From NCBI GenBank assembly GCA_964478625.1, contig CAYZJH010000014.1, forward strand, positions 7,098 to 71,097: a DNA stretch of 64,000 nucleotides. Direction: 5' to 3'. The notes under the pieces are model-generated. The model did not search any database and was not told the DNA's origin. It saw nothing but the letters and a program-made list of their open reading frames with translations. Source of the stretch: an uncultured Desulfobacteraceae bacterium (GTDB lineage Bacteria; Desulfobacterota; Desulfobacteria; Desulfobacterales; SKZT01). The position numbers and the translations under genes are program-made. This document shows, in pieces, positions 27,680-36,795 of this stretch; position 1 is the first letter of the stretch; every line of letters begins with the position of its first letter.

Positions 27680-28666
27680 ATGCCGAAGCTGACTATGGTA
27701 CAAGCATTGAATCTGGCTTTGAAACAAGAGATGGAAAATGATGACAGCGTTATCGTGCTTGGGGAAGATGTTGGCCTGGATGGCGGTGTTTTTCGTGTAA
27801 CCGACCAGCTTTACCAACAGTTTGGAGAAAATCGGGTGGTGGACACCCCTCTTGCAGAAACAGCCATTGTTGGGATGTCCATTGGAATGGCCATTTATGG
27901 TTTAAAACCGGTTTGTGAAATTCAGTTTTCAGGATTTTCATATCAGAATTTTCATCAGATTGAAAATCATGCATCCAGGATGCGATGGCGTTCCCAGGGC
28001 AGGTTTGGAGTGCCCATGGTGTTAAGAACACCTTACGGAGGAGGGGTTCGGGCTCTTGAGCACCATTCGGAAAGCCGTGAAGTTTTTTGGTCCCACATCC
28101 CGGGTTTGAAAATGGTCATTCCATCAGGTCCTAGAAACGCAAGGGCTTTACTGGTGAGCGCTATCCGGGATCCTGACCCGGTAATTTTTTATGAACCCAA
28201 AGCCCTTTATCGTGCATTTCGCGAGGAAGTCCCCGAAGAACCCGAAACCATGCCAATCGGAAAATCCCGAATCGCAAGAGAAGGCACCGATATTACCATG
28301 ATTTCATATGGTGCCATGATGCGCCCGACTCTGGAATCCGCTACCGAACTGGCCGAAAAGGACGGCATCGAGGCTGAAGTCATAGACCTGTTGACCTTGT
28401 CACCTCTGGATGATGAACTTTTCACAGAATCGGTCAAAAAAACAGGAAAGGCCATCATTGTGCATGAGGCACCCATGAGTTACGGGCCCGGTGCCGAAAT
28501 CGTGGCAAGGCTGGTGGAAAAGTCCTTTTATTATCTTGAACTTCCTGTAGAAAGGGTCACAGGTTTTGATATCATCATTCCATTGTTCGGCAGGGAAAAC
28601 CATTACATCCCGAGTGTTAAAAGGATACTGCGCACCGTCCGAAAAATGATGAACAAATCGAACTAA
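27680..28666 (+). CDS. pdhB: 2-oxoacid dehydrogenase E1 beta
   Basis: GEDVG..GGVFRVT, DTPLAE, EIQF, HHSES; start refined to ATG 27680. Confidence 0.93.
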   Translation: MPKLTMVQALNLALKQEMENDDSVIVLGEDVGLDGGVFRVTDQLYQQFGENRVVDTPLAETAIVGMSIGMAIYGLKPVCEIQFSGFSYQNFHQIENHASRMRWRSQGRFGVPMVLRTPYGGGVRALEHHSESREVFWSHIPGLKMVIPSGPRNARALLVSAIRDPDPVIFYEPKALYRAFREEVPEEPETMPIGKSRIAREGTDITMISYGAMMRPTLESATELAEKDGIEAEVIDLLTLSPLDDELFTESVKKTGKAIIVHEAPMSYGPGAEIVARLVEKSFYYLELPVERVTGFDIIIPLFGRENHYIPSVKRILRTVRKMMNKSN

Positions 28667-28691
28667 TTCAATAAAATACGGAGAAAATAAC

Positions 28692-30029
28692 ATGGCCCGA
28701 GAGTTTAAGATGCCGGATTTGGGGGAAGGAATCCATGAGGGGGAAATACTCAAGGTATTTGTTTCGGAAGGGGATCACGTCAGTGAAGGGGACCCTTTGA
28801 TTGAAGTGGAAACCGATAAGGCCGCCGTGGAAATTCCATCTCCTTTCACCGGCAGCATCGAAAAAATCCTGGTTAAAACCGGCGATATGGTCAGAGTCGG
28901 GGAGGTGTTAATCACTTTCAGTGAAGAAATCCGGGAAGAAGGCCGAGAAAAATTGGGAAACCAACACAAAAAAACGGCACCTGTCGAAAAAGACAAGAAA
29001 GAGAAAACTAGACCTCAAGAAAACGTCCCAGAATCAAAAGCCAGGAAAGAAGGGCCTGTGCCGGCATCCCCTTCGACCCGAAGACTTGCCATGGAACTCA
29101 ACGTTGATCTCCGCCAGGTTCCTTCCAGCGGACCTTCAGGCCTTGTCACCGCAGAAGATGTCCGCAAATTCGCTGAAAAACAGGATGCTGAACCGGAAGA
29201 AAGACCGGAAAAGGCTGAGATGCCTTCACCCAAGCCACCTGAAGACAAGACCGGTAAAACGCAATTTATGAAAATGACGGTTCCTCCCTTACCTGATTTT
29301 TCCAAATGGGGCCCTGTTGAAACCATACCGGTCCGATCCTTAAGGAGGGCAACCGCCCGGCAGATGGCCCTTTCATGGTCTCAAATCCCCCATGTTTCCA
29401 ACCAGGACATGGCCGATATCAGCAAACTGGAAGCTTTTCGCCGGAAACAAAAAACAAAAATTGCTGAAAAGGGGGGCAAACTTACCCTTACGGTTTTTGC
29501 ACTAAAAGCGGCTGTCGCTGCCCTTAAGGCTTACCCGTACTTCAATTCAACCCTGGATACCAACTCAGGGGAAATCATCCTGAAAAATTATTATCATATC
29601 GGAGTGGCTGTAAATTCGGAAGAAGGGCTGATGGTTCCGGTTATTCGGAATGTTGACCGAAAAAGTATCTCTGAATTGGCCATTGAACTTTTCGAATTAG
29701 CCAATAAGGCAAGGGAACGTAAAATCGGAATCGAACAGCTTCAGGGAGGAACTTTTACCATTACTAATGCCGGACCCATGGGAGGAGGATATTTTTCGCC
29801 CATAATCAACTATCCCGAAGTGGCTATATTGGGGCTTGGACAAGCACGGATGCAACCGGTGGTCCGGCAAAACCAAGATGAAAACCAGGAAATTGTTCCA
29901 AGGCTGATGATGCCCGTGGTCCTTTGTTTTGATCATCGGGTCACCGACGGTGTGGATGCTATCCGTTTTACCCGCATGGTTATCGATGCTCTTGAAGATC
30001 CGGAAGAGCTTTTTTTGAATATGGTTTAG
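28692..30029 (+). CDS. pdhC: Dihydrolipoamide acyltransferase E2
   Basis: Lipoyl domain ETDKA, E3-binding PASPSTRRLA, catalytic DHRVTDG. Confidence 0.93.
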   Translation: MAREFKMPDLGEGIHEGEILKVFVSEGDHVSEGDPLIEVETDKAAVEIPSPFTGSIEKILVKTGDMVRVGEVLITFSEEIREEGREKLGNQHKKTAPVEKDKKEKTRPQENVPESKARKEGPVPASPSTRRLAMELNVDLRQVPSSGPSGLVTAEDVRKFAEKQDAEPEERPEKAEMPSPKPPEDKTGKTQFMKMTVPPLPDFSKWGPVETIPVRSLRRATARQMALSWSQIPHVSNQDMADISKLEAFRRKQKTKIAEKGGKLTLTVFALKAAVAALKAYPYFNSTLDTNSGEIILKNYYHIGVAVNSEEGLMVPVIRNVDRKSISELAIELFELANKARERKIGIEQLQGGTFTITNAGPMGGGYFSPIINYPEVAILGLGQARMQPVVRQNQDENQEIVPRLMMPVVLCFDHRVTDGVDAIRFTRMVIDALEDPEELFLNMV

Positions 30030-30041
30030 ACCTGAAAGGAA

Positions 30042-31478
30042 TTGACCTCAATGGTAATGGGAGAATTATCTCTGGATACGCAATTGCTGGTGATCGGTGC
30101 TGGACCCGGCGGTTATGCCGCTGCTTTCAGAGCCGCTGATCTGGGGCTTGAGGTCACCATGGTGGATACGGGTGACCGTCCTGGTGGAGAATGCCTTTTC
30201 AGGGGCTGCATCCCTTCAAAGACTCTTCTTTACCTTGCAGAATTGATCCACGATGCCAAAAGGGCCGCGCCCATGGGATTGATTTTTCAAGAACCCAAAA
30301 TTGATAAAGAAGCTATACGCCAATGGAAACAGAAGGTCATAAACCGCCTGGCCGATGGCCTTGTAACACTCAGTCAAAAAAGAGGGATCGAACGGATCAA
30401 GGGAAAGGCGGTGTTCGAAGATTCGCACACTGTAATACTCCGTGATTCGGATGTCCGCCGGATTAAATTCCAGCATGCGATAGTCGCTTCGGGTTCAAGC
30501 CCTATTGTTTTCCCTGGAACCGAATTTGCTAAAGGAGGAAGAATTATCAGTTCTGCAGGGGCTCTCGAATTGGAGGATATCCCGGAAACCCTCCTGGTTA
30601 TCGGAGGCGGGTATGTCGGCCTTGAACTGGGGTCGGTATATGCATCCCTTGGAAGCCGCGTCGTGCTGGTTGAACAAGGTGACCGGCTTATGAGCGGCGT
30701 GGATCCGGATCTTGTAAAACCATTACAGAATCGACTCAACTCCCTTTTTAAATCAATTCATCTGAATGTCACGGTAACATCAGTCAATGAAAAGAATAAT
30801 AAGGTCGAGGTGGCTTTCGACGGCAAACAAGCTCCTCCGGATCAGCCTTTTGACCGGGTACTCATCGCAATCGGAAGAAAACCCAACACCAAAACCCTTG
30901 GCCTGGAAAACACCGGGGTAAAACTGGATCATCATGGATTTATCCGCGTGGATAACCGTCAATGCACCGATGACCCCTCTATATACGCTGTAGGCGATGT
31001 TGTCGGAGGGCTTATGCTTGCACACAAAGCCCAGCATGAAGGAAAAATCGCTGCTGAAGTCATTGCAGGAAAATCGAGTTCATTTGATGCCCGTGCAATT
31101 CCCGCAGTGGTGTTTACCGATCCCCAGGTGGCATGGTGCGGGTTGACCGAAGAGTCGGCGAAAAAAGAAAACAAGGCAATAAAAGTTCAGCGATTTCCGT
31201 GGAAATACTCAGGACGGGCCATAACCATGGATGCTTCCGAAGGCCTTACCAAAATGATTGTTGATGCTGAAACCCAAAGAATACTCGGCCTCGGCATTGT
31301 TGGAAGAGATACCGAAGGCCTCATCGCAGAAGGCGTTCTGGCCATCGAAATGGGGGCACTGGCCCAAGACATTGCCTTGACTATCCATGCCCATCCCACT
31401 TTGTCCGAAACCGAGATGGAAACCGCTGAAATTTTTCTTGGCAGCGCAACTCACATTATCTCAGGAAACAAAACGTAA
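30042..31478 (+). CDS. lpdA: Dihydrolipoamide dehydrogenase E3
   Basis: GAGPGGY, GGECLFRGCIPSK, GGGYVGLE, HAHPTLSE (alternative start 30051). Confidence 0.95.
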   Translation: MTSMVMGELSLDTQLLVIGAGPGGYAAAFRAADLGLEVTMVDTGDRPGGECLFRGCIPSKTLLYLAELIHDAKRAAPMGLIFQEPKIDKEAIRQWKQKVINRLADGLVTLSQKRGIERIKGKAVFEDSHTVILRDSDVRRIKFQHAIVASGSSPIVFPGTEFAKGGRIISSAGALELEDIPETLLVIGGGYVGLELGSVYASLGSRVVLVEQGDRLMSGVDPDLVKPLQNRLNSLFKSIHLNVTVTSVNEKNNKVEVAFDGKQAPPDQPFDRVLIAIGRKPNTKTLGLENTGVKLDHHGFIRVDNRQCTDDPSIYAVGDVVGGLMLAHKAQHEGKIAAEVIAGKSSSFDARAIPAVVFTDPQVAWCGLTEESAKKENKAIKVQRFPWKYSGRAITMDASEGLTKMIVDAETQRILGLGIVGRDTEGLIAEGVLAIEMGALAQDIALTIHAHPTLSETEMETAEIFLGSATHIISGNKT

Positions 31479-31580
31479 AAATGCACCACTTGCCCGTATA
31501 GCCAGACATCGCAGCCCTTTTGACATATGAATAAATGTGCTTATTTTAGCAATAGTGAGAAATAGCGAAAGGAGGCTGCT

Positions 31581-31967
31581 ATGAAAAAGAATACTCACAA
31601 AAAACCCAGAAATCTAATGACCCGGTTCTGGATTTGGACCATAAAAAATCACGATGTCATTATCATCAACATCGGAATTTATACCTTTACAGCGGTTGCA
31701 GCCATCCTGTTTTTGTGCATAGGCGGTGTAATTCACCTTCAGACAGCCTTAAATTCCATTCTATTCGGAGGGTTGGGTAATTTTGCGGTGTTATGGTTGC
31801 TTCTGGAAATCCGTAGAAATCATTTACTCCACATTACTGATCCTGAACTAAGACAAAAAGCTTATGAAGAGATGCTTGTTTTCATATATAAAAGAAGGCA
31901 CAAGATCAGAAGCAAGGAAATCAAGCAGTATATCTGGAACAGAATCCTTAAGAAAAAACAGGCCTGA
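31581..31967 (+). CDS. Two-TM hypothetical membrane protein
   Basis: GGAGG RBS, two hydrophobic segments, basic tail. Confidence 0.65.
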   Translation: MKKNTHKKPRNLMTRFWIWTIKNHDVIIINIGIYTFTAVAAILFLCIGGVIHLQTALNSILFGGLGNFAVLWLLLEIRRNHLLHITDPELRQKAYEEMLVFIYKRRHKIRSKEIKQYIWNRILKKKQA

Positions 31968-32087
31968 TGCCCTGTTTTCAATTCTGCCTTTTTTATCTGT
32001 AAGCATACTTTACAGATGAATCGATTTCTGTTAGTTCACCTGACTTAAATTAATAAGATTACAGTCATTCAACAAACTTAGGGAATT

Positions 32088-32816
32088 TTGAGTCCACAGA
32101 AAATGGAAAAGGCTGATATAGAAACATATGACAAATATATCAAGGCCCTGATGGATATCAGCCGAGCAATTACCTCTGATTTTTATCTTGAAGATATCCT
32201 TAAACTTATCGTTATGGTGACCGCCAAAGTTACCGGTTACGAGATCTGTTCACTATGGCTGATCGATGAAAGTACCAATCCTCCCAAAATCAGACTCAAA
32301 GCTTCCCAGACCATAGATCCGGATTATGTCAAGGATCGTTCCCTGGACCTGACCGAAGGTGTGGTCGGTTATGTGGCCACCCATAAAAGCCCGTTGATTA
32401 TTCAGGATGTCCTGAAGGAGCCTTTATTTAAAGAAAAGGAAATGGCCCGAAAATTGGGGTTGGTTTCAATGCTCAGTGTTCCGCTGCAAGTCAGGGATGG
32501 AAAAGTGGTCGGTGTTTTAAACTGTTTTACGATTAAAACATATCATTTTAGCGAAACCGAAGTAAACCTGATCCGCACGGTTGCCAACCAGGCAGCAGTG
32601 GGAATTATGAATACCGAGCTGATGGTCAAGACCAAGGTTATCCAGGAAGAGCTCGAAACCCGGAAACTTGTGGAACGGGCCAAAGAAGTGCTCATGCGCA
32701 GGAGAAACAAAACCGGTGAAGAAGCCTACCGATGGATACAGAAACGGGCTATGGACACCCGAAAATCTATCCGTCACGTTGCCGATGCCATTCTTTTATC
32801 CGAAGAACTCGAATAG
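32088..32816 (+). CDS. GAF + ANTAR domain RNA-binding antiterminator
   Basis: GAF (GVVGYVA, SMLSVPL, VGVLN) followed by ANTAR (LETRKLVERAKEVLMRR...EEAYRWIQKRAMDTRKSIRHVADAIL). Confidence 0.92.
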   Translation: MSPQKMEKADIETYDKYIKALMDISRAITSDFYLEDILKLIVMVTAKVTGYEICSLWLIDESTNPPKIRLKASQTIDPDYVKDRSLDLTEGVVGYVATHKSPLIIQDVLKEPLFKEKEMARKLGLVSMLSVPLQVRDGKVVGVLNCFTIKTYHFSETEVNLIRTVANQAAVGIMNTELMVKTKVIQEELETRKLVERAKEVLMRRRNKTGEEAYRWIQKRAMDTRKSIRHVADAILLSEELE

Positions 32817-32990
32817 ACCAGACCGGGTTTATTCCAAGAACCTCTGTGTTTATCCCCTTTTGTCATTTTTAAGAAGTTCACACCATTAGCGGTACTTACA
32901 AACCCAAAAATTTATCAGGAAAATTTCTTGACATTTAAATTAAGTAGAGCTAAAAGATTGAAGATTATTTAAATTATTAATGAAAAACTC

Positions 32991-33038
32991 GTACAATGGC
33001 GTGCGAATTTTTCAATAAGTTATAAGACAAAGGCGTCT
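32991..33038 (+). promoter_or_regulatory. ANTAR-target twin hairpin
   Basis: GTAC-AATGGC-GTGC (32991-33004) and AGAC-AAAGGC-GTCT (33025-33038); both have hexaloops with A1 and G4. Confidence 0.82.
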
Positions 33039-33074
33039 TTACCCTGATTTCGGGTAGGCGCCTTTTTGTTTTTT
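33029..33074 (+). terminator. Leader intrinsic terminator overlapping ANTAR hairpin 2
   Basis: AAAGGCGTCT-TTACCC...GGGTA-GGCGCCTTT followed by TTGTTTTTT. Confidence 0.8.
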
Positions 33075-33123
33075 CTGATTCCGGCGTTTTTTAAATTCCA
33101 AATAACATAGGAGGTACCTAAAA

Positions 33124-34746
33124 ATGAACCTGCATAAACCCAACGCCAATGAAGCGTTAAGGACAAAAAACCGTTCCAAGGATGTAGCACCCCAGTCAGG
33201 ACTTTGCAGCAGATGTATCGATGGTTGTAAAGGAAACTGCGACCTTTTCAATGCTACGTTCAGAGGCAGAGAACTGCTTTATCCAGCGCCTTTTGGCGAG
33301 ATCACAGCGGGTGCGGATAAAGATTATCCTGTGGATTATTCCCATCTCAATATTATGGGTTATGCTCTTGGAGCTTCCGGAATCGCGGCTGATTCGGACA
33401 TGGCCACTTTTCCCAAAGTCAGCACGGAAACCGAATACGGCGTCACCCATAAAGTCAAAATGAAAATCCCGATGTTTACCGGTGCATTAGGAAGTACCGA
33501 GATTGCCCGCGCAAACTGGGACCATTTTGCGGTCGGAGCCGCAATTACAGGAATCAGCCTTGTTTGCGGGGAAAATGTTTGCGGAATCGATCCCAGATTG
33601 GAATTTAATTCCAACGGGAAAGTCAAGGAATCTCCGGACATGAGAAGACGTGTTGAATCCTATCGAAAATATTACGAAGGATACGGTGATATTCTCGTAC
33701 AACTCAATGTTGAAGATACACGCCTTGGTGTCGCCGAATATGTTATCGATAAACTCGGAGTGGAAACCATCGAACTGAAGTGGGGCCAGGGAGCCAAATG
33801 TATCGGCGGTGAAATCAAAGTCAATTCTCTGGAAAGGGCTCTTGAACTGAAAAAAAGAGGCTACATTGTTACACCTGATCCGGAAAGCAAAGCCAACCAG
33901 TTAGCTTTCAAAAGCGGTGCCATTAAAGAGTTCGAGCGCCATTCCCGGTTGGGTTTTGTAGATCAGGAAGGTTTCATGAAAGAGGTTGAGCGTATCCGGA
34001 AACTGGGAGCAAAACGTATTACATTAAAAACCGGTGCTTATCCCATGAGAGAACTGGCCATGGCAATACGATGGTCATCGGATGCCAAAATCGATCTTCT
34101 GACCATTGATGGAGCACCGGGCGGTACCGGAATGAGTCCCTGGCGGATGATGGCCGAATGGGGAATTCCTTCCATATATTTACATTCCATGGCTGTAGAG
34201 TTGTGCAACATGCTGGCAGAAAAAGGTGCGTGGGTGCCCGATATTGCATTTGCAGGAGGATTTTCATCAGAAGATCATATTTTCAAGGCGCTTTCTTTAG
34301 GCGCTCCTTATTGTAAAGCCGTATGCATGGGCCGTGCGCTCATGATTCCGGGAATGGTCGGCAAAAATATCGACCGCTGGCTTCGTGGCGAAGATGGCGG
34401 GCTTCCTTCCACGGTTTCAAAATTCGGCACCACCAAAGAAGAAATTTTTGTGGCTTATGCAGAGTTGAAAGAAAAATATGGCAATGAAGTAGATAACCTT
34501 CCCCTGGGAGCGATCGGTATCTACAGTGCCGGAGAAAAAATCCGCGTCGGCCTGCAGCAGCTTATGGCCGGAGCAAGAAAGTGGAGGGTGGATTTCATGT
34601 CTCGGAAAGACCTGGCATCTTTAACCGAAGAAGCTGCTAAGGTGACCGGAATTCCCTATATCATGGATGCCTACCGCGAAGAAGCTATTGAGATCATGAA
34701 CGGCGGCGGAGAGTATACTCAAAACTTTCGGGCCGTTTCCAATTAG
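33124..34746 (+). CDS. FMN-binding glutamate synthase family protein (stand-alone)
   Basis: N-terminal CSRC...C...C; IELKWGQGAK, LKTG, DGAPGGTGM, AGG, MGRA; GGAGG RBS. Confidence 0.85.
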   Translation: MNLHKPNANEALRTKNRSKDVAPQSGLCSRCIDGCKGNCDLFNATFRGRELLYPAPFGEITAGADKDYPVDYSHLNIMGYALGASGIAADSDMATFPKVSTETEYGVTHKVKMKIPMFTGALGSTEIARANWDHFAVGAAITGISLVCGENVCGIDPRLEFNSNGKVKESPDMRRRVESYRKYYEGYGDILVQLNVEDTRLGVAEYVIDKLGVETIELKWGQGAKCIGGEIKVNSLERALELKKRGYIVTPDPESKANQLAFKSGAIKEFERHSRLGFVDQEGFMKEVERIRKLGAKRITLKTGAYPMRELAMAIRWSSDAKIDLLTIDGAPGGTGMSPWRMMAEWGIPSIYLHSMAVELCNMLAEKGAWVPDIAFAGGFSSEDHIFKALSLGAPYCKAVCMGRALMIPGMVGKNIDRWLRGEDGGLPSTVSKFGTTKEEIFVAYAELKEKYGNEVDNLPLGAIGIYSAGEKIRVGLQQLMAGARKWRVDFMSRKDLASLTEEAAKVTGIPYIMDAYREEAIEIMNGGGEYTQNFRAVSN

Positions 34747-34794
34747 AACCGATCCGATCCTTCAAGGGCAACCGCACCTTTAAAAACTGAGAAT

Positions 34795-34875
34795 CTGTAG
34801 GGGCCGATTTATCCGAAAAATGGAGGCATTGCTGATCCCAGTGCTTTCATCAGGCGATTGAATCAGCTCCTACAG
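34795..34875. repeat. GTAG-type REP-like inverted dimer
   Basis: CTGTAGGGGCCGATTTATCCG ... GCGATTGAATCAGCTCCTACAG; the right arm reverse-complements to CTGTAGGAGCTGATTCAATCGC. Confidence 0.65.
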
Positions 34876-34921
34876 CCTTTGAATGTCTTTTTTCAAACAT
34901 CAGGATAAAGAACCTTACATC

Positions 34922-34951
34922 TTGACACTCAAAAATCATTTCTGATATAAA
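34922..34951 (+). promoter_or_regulatory. sigma70 promoter of the que operon
   Basis: TTGACA (34922-34927), 18 nt including TGn, TATAAT (34946-34951). Confidence 0.75.
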
Positions 34952-35041
34952 TTCACCCGTTATCTAAATTGTTTTAACCTTTTATCCAGCGGACGAGCGG
35001 CATCCCGCTATATAAATTATCCCTCACTTAAACAGGTGGCC

Positions 35042-35458
35042 ATGCTTTCCATTACATGCGATTTTTATTTTGATTCCGCTCATCGTCTTTTCCGAAAGGA
35101 TTTATCCGAGTCCGCCAACCGGCAAATTTATGGAGCATGCTTTGATCTTCACGGCCACAGTTACCGCCTTCAGGTCTGTGTTTGCGGTCATATTGATGCG
35201 AACGGTTGGCTTATTGATTTTTCCGAACTCAAGTCCCTGGTTTCCCGTGAAATTCTTGACAGGTATGATCATGCGTGTCTCAACGATCTTCCCGATTACC
35301 AGGACTGTCCTCCCACTGTTGAGAATATTGCACGCACCCTCTTTAATCAGCTGAGTCCACACCTGAAACGGCCCAACTGCCGGCTTTACAAAATCATTGT
35401 TTATGAAACACGGGATTCACGGGCGGAATGGACCGATGATCATGCTGAAAATTCATGA
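35042..35458 (+). CDS. queD: 6-carboxy-5,6,7,8-tetrahydropterin synthase
   Basis: FDSAHRL, C.DLHGHSY, DH..LN, PTVENIA, VYET. Confidence 0.93.
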   Translation: MLSITCDFYFDSAHRLFRKDLSESANRQIYGACFDLHGHSYRLQVCVCGHIDANGWLIDFSELKSLVSREILDRYDHACLNDLPDYQDCPPTVENIARTLFNQLSPHLKRPNCRLYKIIVYETRDSRAEWTDDHAENS

Positions 35459-36059
35459 AATTTTTTATTCCTTGCAGGGGGAAGGTCCCTTTATGGGGAG
35501 GCCCGCTGTTTTTATACGGTTGTCCGGATGCGTGGAACCTTTCTGTGAGTTTTGCGACACACCTGAGGCACTGACGCCAGGTAAGCCAATGGCATTGGAC
35601 AAAATTATGCAACAAGTAAACAGCTATGGGGCTTCTTTTGTGGTTATTACCGGGGGTGAACCTTTTGTTCAATGGGAGCATGGGTTAAAGCAGTTATCTC
35701 AAAAACTGCTTGAAAACGGCATGAGTATTCAATATGAAACCAGCGGAAAAGCGGGTATCCCCGAAAGCGCAAACGGTGTGGTGGTGCTTTCACCCAAAGA
35801 CGGCCTGTGGCCGTCTCCTGAAATACTTGCCAGGGCTGACTTTCTGAAACCGATCATTGGTCATGATCCGGAAAAAACATTGGATAAAGTAAGGCGTTCC
35901 GGATTTCCGGCAAACCGAGTCTGGCTCATGCCTTTGGGCCGAAACCGTGAAGAGCAAATCAGACGGATGCCCATGGTTTGGGATCTTTGTGTCCGCTTTG
36001 GATACTGTATATCTCCCAGACTCCATATTCTGACCCATGACCGTAAAAAAGGAATTTGA
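35442..36059 (+). CDS. queE: 7-carboxy-7-deazaguanine synthase (radical SAM)
   Basis: EIFYSLQGEG, VFIRLSGC, CDT, ITGGEP, ETSG, LSPK, PRLH. Confidence 0.92.
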   Translation: MLKIHEIFYSLQGEGPFMGRPAVFIRLSGCVEPFCEFCDTPEALTPGKPMALDKIMQQVNSYGASFVVITGGEPFVQWEHGLKQLSQKLLENGMSIQYETSGKAGIPESANGVVVLSPKDGLWPSPEILARADFLKPIIGHDPEKTLDKVRRSGFPANRVWLMPLGRNREEQIRRMPMVWDLCVRFGYCISPRLHILTHDRKKGI

Positions 36060-36105
36060 TGTTAATGTGTGCACATAGTGTAAAAAAGATGCAAGGGCTC
36101 TTCTG

Positions 36106-36795
36106 ATGAAACAAGACATAGTGGATACGGTCATTGTATATTCAGGCGGTATGGATTCCACCGTGTTGCTTTTTGATCTGCTCGCCGGTGGAATAAAAAC
36201 GGCTGCCATCAGTTTTGACTACGGTTCTCGTCATAACCACCGGGAACTTCCCATGGCCAGGGCTTTTTGTAAATCCCTGAACATATCCCACCAGCTCGTG
36301 CCTCTTGCGTTCATACCGGATCTTTTTAAATCAGCTCTGCTCTGCACCGGAGATCCGGTTCCCGACGGTCCCTATGATGTTTCAACAATGAAACAGACGG
36401 TAGTTCCATTTCGCAATGCGATCCTTTTGGGTATTGCCGTGGGATATGCCGAATCCATTGGAGCATCCCAGGTCGTACTGGCATCCCACGGAGGTGATCA
36501 CGCCATCTATCCGGATTGCAGGCCTGCATTCAACCGGGCATTTGCAGAGGCTGCCCGTCTTGGAACAGAAAACAAAGTCGTTGTCCGTTTTCCCTATGAA
36601 GGGCTTGACAAGCGGGATATTGGTGATTTAGGCCGCCGGCTTGGGGTCGATTTTGGTCAAACATGGACCTGTTACAAGGGAGGAGAATATCATTGCGGGT
36701 TATGCGGTGCCTGCCGGGAACGCAAATATGCTCTTCGCCATAATCAAGGAATGGATCCCACCTTCTACCTGAATTCCGGAACCCCCGATGAATGA
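36106..36795 (+). CDS. queC: 7-cyano-7-deazaguanine synthase
   Basis: YSGGMDS, FDYGSRH, VPFRN, YPDCRP, TWTCY...HCGLCGAC. Confidence 0.95.
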   Translation: MKQDIVDTVIVYSGGMDSTVLLFDLLAGGIKTAAISFDYGSRHNHRELPMARAFCKSLNISHQLVPLAFIPDLFKSALLCTGDPVPDGPYDVSTMKQTVVPFRNAILLGIAVGYAESIGASQVVLASHGGDHAIYPDCRPAFNRAFAEAARLGTENKVVVRFPYEGLDKRDIGDLGRRLGVDFGQTWTCYKGGEYHCGLCGACRERKYALRHNQGMDPTFYLNSGTPDE

